Below, piece after piece: positions 39,823-53,773 of a DNA stretch of 64,000 nt. The stretch covers positions 1 to 64,000 of the forward strand of contig CM022669.1 in assembly GCA_012295275.1 (NCBI GenBank). Direction: 5' to 3'. Origin of the DNA: Chrysomallon squamiferum (Eukaryota; Animalia; Mollusca). Below the pieces are notes generated by a model. It did no database searches, was not told where the DNA came from, and saw only the letters and a list, made by a program, of their open reading frames with translations. A program made the translations under genes and the position numbers. Each line of letters opens with the position of its first letter. Positions within the stretch are counted from its first letter, which is position 1.

Positions 39823-40451
39823 CTTTTTGTTTTGCAGTGCATGCTGGGATTAATTCACTTGTTTAGATACGAGTCGTTGTTATCAAATGTTTTGTTATGT
39901 GATAGTTTTCCTGTGAAGTGAAAAATATGTGTTTCTTGCTGGTATTTTGTAAGACGAGCCTAGCGTCACAAGACACGCATGAATGATATTTAGTGGTCCT
40001 CAGTACAGTATTATCAGGTCATGTTAACCATTTATACATTTACTTTAAAGGAAATATTTGCCTATCGCAAAACAAACCTTTTATCTGTCTTACTTGATTT
40101 GTTTTTCTCTCCTCTACCTGTTTATATATTCCCTTTTCTTTAATATTTATTTACATATATTTAGTTTTTGTCTGAAGAGAAATTATTGTTACCAGTAACT
40201 GAGTTTGGAATTAATTTTTCAGCTACAAAAACGATTTTGGGACAGTTACTAGTTAGAGTTATCTTTTCATGTTACTGAAAAACATGATTTCCATGCAAAC
40301 ATCTGTTAACAGTCACTAGAAGACGAGTTTAATACGTAATAAATGATAACGGTTTACGTCTTTGTTTGTTTTTTATTTTGTCGTTATTCTACTCTAATTT
40401 TACTTTTTAAATTATTTTACAGCGCAAGGTGTATTTAAAATACTACTACTT

Positions 40452-40487
<36 letters not shown>

Positions 40488-40993
40488 ATACTACTACTAA
40501 TAATAATAATAATAAATTAAAAAATTAAAAAGAACAAAACACACAGAGAAAAAGAACAAGCTGACATTCGTGTACAAGAAAATATAGTAAAAACTAAATG
40601 ATGAAGTGTTAGAAATTAAAATAAACTAAATTTTATTTATTTTGAAGAGGATTTTCACAAAAACTGGAAAATGTTGACTCCGATTTTCTCTTTGCGCTGC
40701 TGTTCTCCCAAAACAAAACAAAAAATCTTCTCAACGTAAAAAAAAAACAAAAAACATTCACCTCATTCATTTTCCATTGTCTTTATTACATTTTAAATGT
40801 CATACAAAACAACAAAATATACGGAAAAAATTAATAATAATAGTAATTTTATTTGCATTTTATAAGCTTACTGATACCCAATTTCACATAATGAACTTCC
40901 TAAATGTATGACTTCGGATATATCTATCTATCTATCTATCTATATCTATCTGTTTCTATATATATAATTCTACAAAGTTAAAATAAACAATAA

Positions 40994-41032
<39 letters not shown>

Positions 41033-41244
41033 ACAAATAAATAAATAAATAAATATCTACAGTCTCTGCAACTGCCGCATCAATTAATTTGCCAATAAAA
41101 ACAACAACAATAAGAATCATTGTTCATAGTCTGTTTTATATTTTGTGATCTAAACACTGCAAAATGCTAATACAGCAAATCTATCTAGCTGTCTATCCGT
41201 CCGTCTATTCGTCCATCCATCCATCTATCTATCTATCTATCTCC

Positions 41245-41278
<34 letters not shown>

Positions 41279-41280
41279 TA

Positions 41281-41421
41281 AATAGCTTCTAAAAACGAAT
41301 CCACGTAATTTCCATCTGCTAATCGATTGATTCACTGTAGTCACGGACCGAGACTTCGCCAGAGAGAGAGAGAGAGCGTACCTGTAGCAGACGAGTTTCA
41401 TGACAGTACGTTAATTTAAAA

Positions 41422-41458
<37 letters not shown>

Positions 41459-41479
41459 CACTTACACACTTATAAGCCG

Positions 41480-41512
<33 letters not shown>

Positions 41513-41552
41513 TGGAGCTAAAAATAATGAGAACTGTAGTTTGTGCCCTGTT
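41281..41552 (+). pseudogene. Aborted duplicate of the TNF 5' region and first ~13 codons
   Basis: Matches ~27885-28142. ATG at 41512 gives MELKIMRTVVCALF, then similarity ends and a stop follows. Confidence 0.75.
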
Positions 41553-41744
41553 CTATAAAATGAAATAAAATTAATAAAAATAAAAATGAAGATGTAAAGA
41601 AAATAAATAAATTAATAAATAACACTAAATAAAACACTTGTTTCTTTCTTCCAAAAAGAGGACACACCCGTTTTACTAAATAATGTATAAGTAATTTACG
41701 TAGTATCTTGAACCTTGAACCTTGACAAAAATTAACGTGCTGTG

Positions 41745-41767
41745 ATTGGTGTATACACGTATAAAAA
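41745..41767 (+). promoter_or_regulatory. Candidate TNF-2 core promoter (inverted CCAAT plus TATAAAA)
   Basis: ATTGG at 41745-41749 and TATAAAA at 41760-41766, just before sequence homologous to the TNF 5' UTR. Confidence 0.4.
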
Positions 41768-41828
41768 CTCACACCAAGACTTTGCCAGAGAGAGCGGACC
41801 TGTAGCAGACGAGTTTTATGACAGAACG

Positions 41829-41869
<41 letters not shown>

Positions 41870-42130
41870 ATGGAGCTAAAAATAATGAGAACTGTAGTTT
41901 GTGCCCTGTTGTTTTTCACCATACTTCTAGCGACTATTTCGATTGCTTTGATGGTTGTTATGTATCAAAACCGCGGATCACACACACAGACTGAGCCTAT
42001 ATTGTGCGAAGAGAAGAAGGTGAGTGCAGAAAACAAACTATTAAACGTTGTGTTAGTAACGGGGGCCAGAACAAGGTTTTCGTTTTTAAATTTTATATTT
42101 CTATTAAGTGTAACTTCCTCTAGACGTCAC

Positions 42131-42184
<54 letters not shown>

Positions 42185-45100
42185 CACACACACAGACGCA
42201 CACAAACACACACAGACACCGCTCCAAACTCGTCTGAAATAAATATATATGGCAGGTCATTCAATATCTGCTTTGTTCTCTGGTCTCTGTCGTTAATAAA
42301 CAAGAAACAAACGTGAGCCCCAGTCATCCCTGAACAAAAGAGGAATTTTTTATTTATTTTTTTTTTTTTTTTGTAGGAAGGATTTCTTGCAAACGAAGAA
42401 AAATCCAACAGTAAATATTGCATTGGAAAGAGCGACTTCAAAGAGGTATTCATCGTACTTTTTTTTTTTTCTTTTTTCTTAAGTAGACATACCTATATTA
42501 CAGTTACTAATACTCCTATAGGCAGATAAATTACTATTTATAATAACCAGGTTTGTAATAATGATGATTGTCATCATCACAAAAACAAGTAATTAATTAA
42601 TATCAGAATTGTAATAATTAGGCAAAAAACTGCATGCAACAACTAAGCATTTATTAAATTTTGTCCCGAATAGTGTAGCGTAGAATTATTGATGTGAAGC
42701 GTCACGTGACTCGTTTTGGGTCCTATGTTACTATTTCTCCGCCATAATGCTTACTTCGTACAGAATAAAGGTCTTTGTTTTGGTGATTTTTTTTTTATCA
42801 ATATCTTTGGAGGAAGTGTGTCTATTGTTTTATTTATTTTAACTGTCGACAAAACAACAAACGCCTGTAGATTATAATTGCGTTTTTTTTTTTTTTTTTA
42901 AATCTGTTAATTTTTGTTGAAAAGGAAATCAATCAATCAAACAACTAAATGTATTGAAACATGCAATCACCAGTTTAAATAATGTTCAAATCATATTTAT
43001 TTTTAAATTAAAAATAATAAAAATAAATAAATAAAATAAATAATTTTGTTTTATTCCTCAACATAATTTAGCATTTAAAAAATCATTTAAAATACCACTA
43101 AAACTGTGTCGTAGATGATTTTAAACCAACTGTTGTCAAAATATTGCACAGAATATTGAAACATACTGGAATATTTTTGAAAGGCAATTTGTGATACTAA
43201 AATACCGTGCACGTTAATGATGATTTTGAATTGCCAAATAAATATTCAGAATTTTCTTTTTTTAAATCTGTTAATTTTTGTTGAAACTGGAAATCACATC
43301 AGCCGACCATGAATACAAACACTGAAACACAATCACCAGTGTAAATAATGTTCAAGTTCATATTTATTTTAAATTAAAACATTAAAAGCATTGCAATATA
43401 TAAATAAATAAATAGTTTTGTTTTATTCCTCAACATAATTTAGCATTTAAAAAATCATATGCCGATACCATTGCGAGATACTGTGTCGTAGATGATTTTA
43501 AACGGTAACTGTAAGGTTAAAAATATTGCACAGAATATAGACTCGGATGATCCCTGCAGATGTATATTGTCACATTTTTCTAATTTTCATTTGTACTGTT
43601 TCCTTCCAGGCTTCTTTGCACCTGTTACTAAATGTTTACACATGATTTCTTCTTTGCACCTGTTACTAAATGTTTACATATGATTTCTTCTTTGTACCTT
43701 GTTACTAAATGTTTACATATGATTTCTTCTTTGTACCTTGTTACTAAATGTTTACATATGATTTCTTCTTTGCACCTGTTACTAAATGTTTACATATGAT
43801 TTCTTCTTTGTACCTTGTTACTAAATGTTTACACATGATTTCTTCTTTGTACCTTGTTACTAAATGTTTACATATGATTTCTTCTTTGTACCTTGTTACT
43901 AAATGTTTACATATGATTTCTTCTTTGTACCTTGTTACTAAATGTTTACATATGATTTCTTCTTTGTACCTTGTTACTAAATGTTTACATATGATTTCTT
44001 CTTTGCACCTTGTTACTAAATGTTTACACATGATTTCTTCTTTGCACCTTGTTACTAAATGTTTACATGATTTCTTCTTTGTACCTTGTTACTAAATGTT
44101 TACATATGATTTCTTCTTTGTACCTTGTTACTAAATGTTTACACATGATTTCTTCTTTGCACCTTGTTACTAAATGTTTACACATGATTTCTTCTTTGCA
44201 CCTGTTACTAATGTTTGCTTACTTTTCTTCTTTATACTTTCCTATTAAATGTTTACATTCCTTTCTTCCTTACAAATTTTTATTAAACGTTTAATACTTT
44301 GTTACCAAATGTTTACCTTCTTTTTGATTTATACTCTTTTTTTTATTAAATGTCTACCTTCATTCCTTCTTTATAATCTTGTTATTAAATGTTTTATCTT
44401 TCTTTCCTCTCTATATTCTGTTATAAATTGTTCACATTCCCATCTTCTTTATACCTTGTTTAGTTGTATTAAATGTTTACCTTCCTTTCATCTTTAGATG
44501 TTTTTATGTTTGTTTTTTCCTTGACATTCTTGGTGTCACAAGTTGACCTTTCTTCAGTCTCCTGTGTGTAGATGTTCCAGATAGTGTCCACATTTTGAAA
44601 ATTATCCAAATTTTGAATAAGGATTGAGTGAAATAAAAAAAATTAAAAAGAGAAACATATCTACATATACATGCACTAATAAAACACACATACACACTTT
44701 TCTGATGCCATTTCCTTTGACAATTAAATACATACCAAACATCCACCACCACTTTAGAAAATGTGTCTTAGAAACTATTATTATATTCATTATTCTTCAA
44801 TCATTTTAACTTTTCAGATTTATGAAAGAACTTTAAGTGAAATAAAAAATTCATCTGTTAAACCACTGAGGAGAAAAAGATCAATTAGTAAGAAGTTTTA
44901 TATTCTTGTAATGTAAAGCTAATTGTTATGTTTCGCCGGTTTCTAACAACAATTAAAAACATATTTTCTTCATGGGATAGCTAAACTTATTGCATTTTAT
45001 TATTATTTATGAGCTTTATGATTTGTTTGATGATGTTAACAGTTAATCTATTTTGTATATTTTTTTGTTTATTTATTTTTTATTTTTTTATTTTTAAATT

Positions 45101-45752
45101 TCCTAACACAGAAGTACATTAATGAATTTTGGTGTATATATCATTAGGCATAGACAGTATATATTATTTGACATTTATAAAATCATTAGGCACATGTAAC
45201 ATACATCACTGTGACACACACACACACACACACACACATACTGGAATGAAATAAAAAGTAATGCAGTAAACTACTATTACTACCACTATCTCTACTAATG
45301 CTGCTACTAGTACTAGTAATCACTACTAATACTAATAAGAGAAAGAAGAATCAAAGTACAAACAGTAGTTAAAATATTAAAGTCATTGTTTATTTATGTT
45401 TTAGCTCTTCATCAGTTGAGTCTGTTTAAACCAATGGTTCACCTACAAGGATTGGAAAAAACAGATTACAGTAGGTGTTTTTTTGTTATTCTTCTTTTTC
45501 TTCTTTTTTTTTCTGAACCTTTCAATCTCAGATCACTTGTATCTTTATTTGTATGTACAAATGTGTTTATATGTATCTGTGTGTGTGTGTGTGTTTGTTT
45601 GTGTGTGTGTGTGTGTGTGTGTTTGTGAGACACTGTGTATTATGGGATATTAATAACTTTGCACCAGTGTGAATGCCATATTGGCAGTGTAGTGTGTGTG
45701 TTTATGTGTGTGTGTGTGTGATTTAGTTATACTGTGCATGTGTTAGTTATAC

Positions 45753-45789
<37 letters not shown>

Positions 45790-46242
45790 TATACTATATA
45801 TTATGGGATATTAATAACTATGCACCAGTGTGAATGCCATATTGGCAGTGTAGTGTGTGTGTTTATGTGTGTGTGTGTGTGTGATTTAGTTATACTATGT
45901 TTGTGTGTGTGTGTGTGTGTGTGTATGTATTATACTATATATTATGGGATATTAATAACTTTGCACCAGTGTGAATGCCATATTGGCAGTGTAGTGTGTG
46001 TGTTTATGTGTGTGTGTGTGTGTGATTTAGTTATACTGTGTATGTGTTAGTTATACTGTGTTTGTGTGTGTGTGTGTGTGTATGTATTATACTATATATT
46101 ATGGGATATTAATAACTGCACCAGTGTTAGGTGCCATATTGGCAGTGTAGTGTGTGTGTGTGTTTATGTTATGTGTGTTTGTTGTGTGTCTGTGTTTGTG
46201 TGTGTGTGTGTGTTTATGTGTGTGTGTGTTATGATTTATTAT

Positions 46243-46274
<32 letters not shown>

Positions 46275-46753
46275 TGTGTTATACTACATATTATGGGATA
46301 TTAATAACTGCACCAGTGTTAGGTGCCATATTGGCAGTGTAGTTTACTGGAGTAAGTGGTTGTTTTATTCTGTTAAGCTGATTTACAACTGTATACAACA
46401 GTATGTATATTTGTATGTATTTATGAATGACTGTTCTCTGTCTTGTGTACATGTGACTCTGCACTTAGACAATAGTGAGGAAAGCACTGGTACAGGATGT
46501 CAAAGTCCTGTCATACCTCACAAAGCACCAGTGATGAGTCTTAAATATATGACACCCGTTCACCTGCACTCTGGAGGTGACGTGTACGTATGTTTGTGTT
46601 TCTGTGTATGTTTATGGTTACGTTTATGTACATGTATGTATGTGTATTGTTGTTGTTTTTGATATTATTATCATTATTACCATTATCATCATTATGACTT
46701 TATTATTCTTGTTATTATTATTGATACTGTTGTTATTATCATTCTTATTATTG

Positions 46754-46827
<74 letters not shown>

Positions 46828-47297
46828 TTTATTTTTTTTTTATTTTTTTATTTTATTTTTATATAGCAAATGACACATCAATTCGGATGATTCGAAACTG
46901 GAACAGTGAAGACCAGTTTAAACGCAGTATTATTCGGAACTGGATGAAATACGAAAATGGTAAAATAACCATACCAACACACGGAATGTATCGAGTCTAC
47001 AGTCAGTTGGTCTTTGACTGGCAAAAACTGAAAGACACACATTACGGTGAGCACCGAATCTGGAAACATCAAGTGATGATACACAATGCAACCACGGCTG
47101 AAGATGAGGTGTTGCTTAGCAACGAATTCACTGAGTGCGACACTGACTTCAACAGAAAGTATGATGAATACCCAAGTTATCTGAGCGGAACATTCACTCT
47201 AAATGCTGGTGACTTGGTGTACGTGAAAACCTCTCATTTTCATCACATAATGGCTGATCCAACGCGCCATTTTTTAGGTGTAAATGTGGCTTGGTGA
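41870..47297 (+). CDS. TNF-superfamily ligand copy 2; join(41870..42019,42377..42445,44818..44887,45405..45470,46867..47297), 261 aa
   Basis: Same exon structure and phases as copy 1. Clean TM helix (VVCALLFFTILLATISIALMVVMY), RRKR site, and a TNF homology domain nearly identical to copy 1. Confidence 0.9.
43611..44215. repeat. 38-39 bp minisatellite in TNF-2 intron 2 (roughly 15 units)
   Basis: Same unit as 30798-31670, shorter array. Confidence 0.95.
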
Positions 47298-48195
47298 ACA
47301 GTACTTTGAAAACAGGACTTAGCAGACTTTCTAATAATACTATAATATACAAAGACATCCGTACAATATATACTTATCTACTTATATACTTATATACATG
47401 CACACACAGAAAGAGATACAAGATCACAAGGGAGAGTCTTTGGCAGCAAAAAAATGTCTGAGTCTTCATTTTAAACGTAATTATCTTGACTCTCCCTTGA
47501 CTGATCTTGTATTAAAATCTGTTTCCAAACAAAACTGAGATAATTTAATCATTTGTTTTTCATTTGTAATAAAATTCAAAAAAAAAAAATTGTTGTTTGT
47601 AATGTATTATATTTAGATCCACATGATGAATTATGATGGTAAACCGTTTTGATCTCACGCAGTAGGGCCCTGAACCATTCCCTAACAGGCCGTGGAAAGT
47701 TTTAACAGGATATTTAGATGTACTGTTTGGTGCTTCTTTGGCGTGTCATTTACAACTTAAATGGCGACGATATAGAAAATGTCAGTTTATAAGATTGTAT
47801 ATTACTTTAAATTTAACAGGAAATGTTAGTTTATAGCAAACTTATTCACCTTTTAAGATCAATTCAACGATAAATTATAAAAATATATTAAAAAAAAAAA
47901 AAAAAAAACTACAAGAATAAAAATATAATAATTAAAAAAAGCGCATAGAGTTTTCTCATTGTAGATCACACGCCAAAGTAGCACCTACTGTTTTCTCTGT
48001 TTAAGTTAGAAAATTGGTCCTAATTTTCTTATTAAACCGCGGGTTGCAATTTAGGTTAAACCTACTTGTAGAATTCGTTAGTAGCTATTTTTGTACTTAT
48101 TATAATGTCTTATACTGTTGTGCTATTAAAGTACAGTTTCTGAAAATGTGACATTGATTATTTACTTATATAGCTTACTTCAATACAGTCTAACA

Positions 48196-50284
48196 CTATG
48201 GTTCCCAACCATTTTAGTACCATGCCCCACTTTTTTATCACAAATTTCTTCATGTCCCCCACCCGTTAATTGTTTAGTATGATATAACAATATCAGTTAA
48301 TTGTTTAGTATGATATAACAATATCAGTTAATTGTTTAGTATGATATAACAATATCAGTTCATTGTTTAGTATGATATAACAATATCAGTTCATTGTTTA
48401 GTATGATATAACAATATCAGTTAATTGTTTAGTATGATATAACAATATCAGCTTTGAAGAAGTATAACATAAAAAATTGTATCTTTCAAATAAAACTAAA
48501 GGGTTTAACTTCAAATTTAATCAAATAAAATCCATTTTATAATGTGTATAACATATCTACCATCAGATTAAATAAATTCAATTACAATCAATTAATGAGA
48601 CCCTTGAGCCTGATGTCTACTGCAAAGAGATTTTATCCGAGGCAGAAATTTTGTTAATTTCAATATCAAGTCGCCTCGTTTAGTAATATCCAGTTGGTTT
48701 CTTTTCTTCAGTAATAAGTCATTCACAGCACTAAATCCACATTTCACTAAGTATGACGATGGGAATGGTAACAGTAGTTTTCTTGCCAAACTACTTGTAT
48801 TTGGACATTTAGCTTGTGTTTCTTCACAGAGCCACATCATTGTTCCTTTGATTTTGAACAGGGCTTTAATCGAGTCATCATTTTGTAATTCTGAAAGTTC
48901 TCCTTGATACTCCATGGTTACATCTGACAGATCCACTAGCAATGGCCGAGTCATCTGAGAATTAATTTCTTTCAAATCAGAAAATCTGAAGTTGAAATCG
49001 CTTACCATTGTTTTTAAGTGGTCCACAATAACAAGACAAGTAGCATCTGTTACCTCACATTTATTCAGCCAATAAAATTGTTCAAATTTTTTGAGAGAAA
49101 TATTTTAATTGGGATAATTCCAGAAATGATATAAAGCCAAATATCTTGGCCTTTGAATTAACAAGAGTCATATTTGTTCCTTGTAGCTCCTTATTTAAGA
49201 CATTGAGTTTTTCAAATATATCTGCTAAATAACTGACAAGTGCTTTACCATGAACTGTCAGTAACAGAGTCATATAAGGTTTGTCATCCAAGAACTCACT
49301 AAGAACATCAAATAGTTCCATGAATCTGTTCAGGCAATTCCCCTTTGATAACCACCTTACATCAGTATGAAGTAATAATCTTACATAGTCTGCATTTTGA
49401 TCCTTGCAAAATTGTTTGAAAAGACGCTCACATTTGGCATCAGTGTTGATGCATTTTATAACTGCATTCACTGTCTCGTTTAGAACAGGGGAAACTGTTT
49501 TGTAAACTAAATTCTGTCTATGAATAACACAATGCACTAACAACATTTGGGGATTGTCGTCTTTCAGTAATTTTAAAATTTTATTTTTCTTGCCCATCAT
49601 CACTGGAGCACCGTCTGCAGCACAAGATATAATGTTCTCCATTGGTATCTGCTTATCATCTAAATATGTTTTAAATTTCTTATATTATATCAACTGCAAT
49701 AGTGGTGGTTTCTAATGCTTCGCAAAATAGCAAATCCTCAATAAATTCTCCATTATCAGCATATCTTACATAGGCCATTAACAGAGCTTCACTATCTCTT
49801 ACAGTTGTTTCGTCCAACTGTATTGAAAAGTTTGTATATTTTAATTTTTCAACAAGTTGTACTTCTACATCACAACTCATTTCATCAATCCTATTACTGA
49901 GCGACATGCTTTTGAGATCTTGGTCATCTTTTTCAAGAACTACTTTCAGAAAAGTTGATATTTGCGGGATTAATTAAATTCTCCTCTATTGTATGATTTT
50001 TTTTCCACATTTTGCTATGAGAAGAGAAATTTCATAAACTAAAACTCACCTTCTTAAACAAGTCAGAAGCCACGCATATAGCTGGTGCCAGATGCACGAT
50101 GATATTAGTGTGTGAACACTTGACTAGACTGCACAAGCTGTTGTGCTCAGCTAGGCTGTAATTACAATTTTACCCTATAAATTTATAATTTTTATAAAAT
50201 AAAATAAAAATGTTGATATTAGTATATTTTTTCATATTGCCTCCCCTATTATTATTGAATTGCCCCCCACGTTGGGAATCACTG
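48196..50284 (-). mobile_element. hAT (Buster/Charlie-type) transposon copy 3, defective, left TIR degenerate
   Basis: CTATGGTTCCCAAC at 48196 and GTTGGGAATCACTG at 50271-50284. Same flanks as hAT2. Confidence 0.92.
48592..49907 (-). pseudogene. Frameshifted hAT transposase (three ORF pieces)
   Basis: ORFs 49680-49907, 49082-49642 and 48592-49026. The catalytic-region E is mutated (YLVKCGFS) and there are small deletions. Confidence 0.88.
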
Positions 50285-53200
50285 CTCTAGGGGTATCCGA
50301 TATGGGGTCTGTGTACGCATAGAAAGAAATACCGTAGCACGTTTTTGTACACTAGAATGCAACAAACACAAGACACTTTCAAAACCTGTATTCGCGCTAG
50401 CGCTCAACATTCAATTCAGTAGTATAGCATAATACAGATGGATAGAAATATTGTAATATTGTAACAACAGTTACATCAGGGTTAATACAATCAGAAGAGC
50501 AAATATTTATATGTGTAACAAGTTACCCAGTGCGTCAAGTGACCGTTATTTCCACAGTTTTGAATTTTTATGAATTTTTATTAATTAATTAATTGCACTA
50601 ATTAGCTCAAATGTACCTTAAGCCTTAATTAAGTAATTCTCAAAAAAAAAAAGATTAATGAATTGCACAAGCCTTTACATTTTTCAAGCATTTTGCTAAC
50701 ATTCACTTTTTAATTATTTGTATATTATTTTTGTATCATTTACCATTAATTTGCTTTACGAGTTCATTATAGTATATAGATGAAATAAATTCACAAAAAA
50801 TGTAACTTGCTAAGAATTGTCTGCATAATCAACATCTTTATCAGAAAGAAAATATGACCTAAAACAGAAATATTATGCCACATAATTACTAAATCAAACA
50901 ACACAGACGAAAAATCTAACTTTTCAGACACCGACAGCAACAACAACGACAACAGTCGCGTCATTGGCTGAGAACAGCAGACATTTTGGTATTCAAAATT
51001 AAGAACGTGCTACCCTAAAGATTTGTATGAAATTTAACAGACCATCAGTGAAAGATATAATTTGTAACTTGTATATAATTTGACGCTCCGAGTAAGCTTA
51101 TGGACGATCATTTGTCTGTAGAATATCTGTTGTTTATCAAAGATTACATTACAGATTACAAAACAAAGATGAAACTGAATATATAAAAGTAATGACGAAG
51201 CAAAAACGTGACACAAAAACGTGACACAAAAGTCGTGCGAGCTTCCGCTTCCCCTCAGTGAGGGCTTTGTGACTTCGGTTAACAACGAGAGGTGAAGGTT
51301 TCGATCAAAGAGTGCGATTTGTTAGTAACACGGCCAATGCGGAGTATAAAATTTCCAGATATTTCTGTAAATCGAAAGATGATAGCCATCAGCTAACAAA
51401 GATTATTTATCCAAATGTCCGACTGAGCTGTTCTCCACTAGAGCTCGGCCTAGGACGTTAGTTTCGCTGAATCTCCTCAGTTGAGAGCAGACGTTACTTT
51501 GACCTACAGAGAGGTCATCGATTATTTCCAATACGACGGAATATAACACACGTAACGTCACAATGTGGATTTTTATTTTATTTTATTTTATTTTATTATT
51601 ATTACTTTATTATTAATATTATTATTATTATTTTAGAATTTCTTTATTTCTTCTTTTCCTTCTTCTTTTCCTTCTTATTATTTTGCTTACTTTCCAGTTA
51701 AGCATAGTTCATTTCGAAGTTTTCTTATTAAATATGACACGTAACCGAAATATGCTGGTATAGTTATTGCTTTTCTTTTGCTACGTTCTTCAGTTTTTAT
51801 TCAATTATTATTTATTTGTTTATTTATTTATTTTGATGTCAAGATTATGAATACATAATCTATAACTGCTGTTATTTAATCAACTATTAACATTTGATAC
51901 AATTATTTAGATAGTAAATAAAATTACTTTTCAGTGGGCTGTAACATATATGAATTATAAATAGACAGAAATGTATGAACATCCTCAGTGTTACCTAGTT
52001 TCTGTTTCCTTCTACCTTATTTTTACCTCACTCACTAAAAATGTGACAGTCCACGTACCTCGAACAACAAGTTCTTAGTGTTTGACTAAATGGCGGTTTA
52101 CTCTGCAAGTTCACAATGTTTCTTTTTGAAACTTAAGAGTTACAGGTTTTTTTTTCTAACGTTGTGATAATGCTTTATGTAAAAATGTTGAAACACATGC
52201 ACAATCCCCCCAACAAGAAAACAACGAAACGGTAAACTGTTTATTATTTTAAAATAGTTATATTTTACTTGTATTTTTTTCATTCTTTCTTTCTTTAACT
52301 CTTTCATTCTTTCTTTCTTCTGCTCTTTTTATTTGATATGTTTTTAAATCAGTCCCATTTGGCTATTTCCCACTCCAGCCCGTGCTCCATGACGTGATAA
52401 ACAAAGACTGGTTTGTGTTTTCCTGAAACTTCACGTAAAACCTGCCTTCATTTTATCAAAAGCCTCGCACAAGTCGTCAGCGAGTTTGATCTGTCTTTAC
52501 TACAGAATGTATCACCCATATAACATTTAAAATATTTTATGTTCTCCGTTAAAGAAAACATTTCTTCTGTCTATCCTAGTCAGTACAGAACAACTGGATT
52601 ATCGAAGACAATATTTTCCTGTGTGTGGGTAGGTGCAGATATGAAACAACTTCCTACTACTTCATAGCGGTAGAGTACAGCAGTGATTGTCTGTTTCATA
52701 TAATGGTAATACAAAAGCATTATATGTAATCATGTTAATATTAAAATCTATTCTCAGTCATTAAATACTAATTATTAAGACATATCTTATTACAGAAATG
52801 TAAATCTAGGTTTGGACGCAAAGACTACAAAATCTTTGAATAATTACAACTTTCAAGATCATCTTTTGGCAGTTTTATATTACTAGAGTTAAGTGTTTCC
52901 CATATCCAAATATTTCAACATTTGTTTGCTTGAATTATGGACTATACTCGAGAAGAAAGGAAAAATATAGGAAATATTCATTAATTATTATATAAACATT
53001 TCTTTTAAAAAAAATCATTGAAGATAAACTAGTGTATTATTATAGAGCAACAGCTTAATAATAATAAACAACAATATCAAGTTCATATCATACAAGGTCT
53101 GTGTTATGTGAAATATTTCAGAAAATCAGTTCATTCACTTTTTTTAAATTTTATTTTAGAAGAATTAAAACGAATGCAATTTTTTATTCTGGTCCGCGTG

Positions 53201-53537
53201 CTGGGCTAAATTCACTTGTTTAGATACGAGTCGTTGTTATCAAATGTTTTCTTATGTGCTTGTTTTTCTATGAGGTGAAACATTATTTTTTCTTGCTGGT
53301 ATTCTGTAAAATGAGCCTATTGTCAAAAGACACGCATGAATGATTTTTAATGATCCTCAGTACAATAATATCAGGTCATGTTAACCATTTATACACTTAC
53401 TTTAAAGGCAACACGTATCGTAGTACAAATCTTTTATCTGTCTTACTTGATGTTTTTCTCTCGGCTTCTCTCTCCAGCTTTTTAAACCAAAAATATTCAA
53501 CAAAAATTATTTTATTTATTTATTTATTTATTTATTT

Positions 53538-53728
<191 letters not shown>

Positions 53729-53730
53729 TT

Positions 53731-53773
<43 letters not shown>

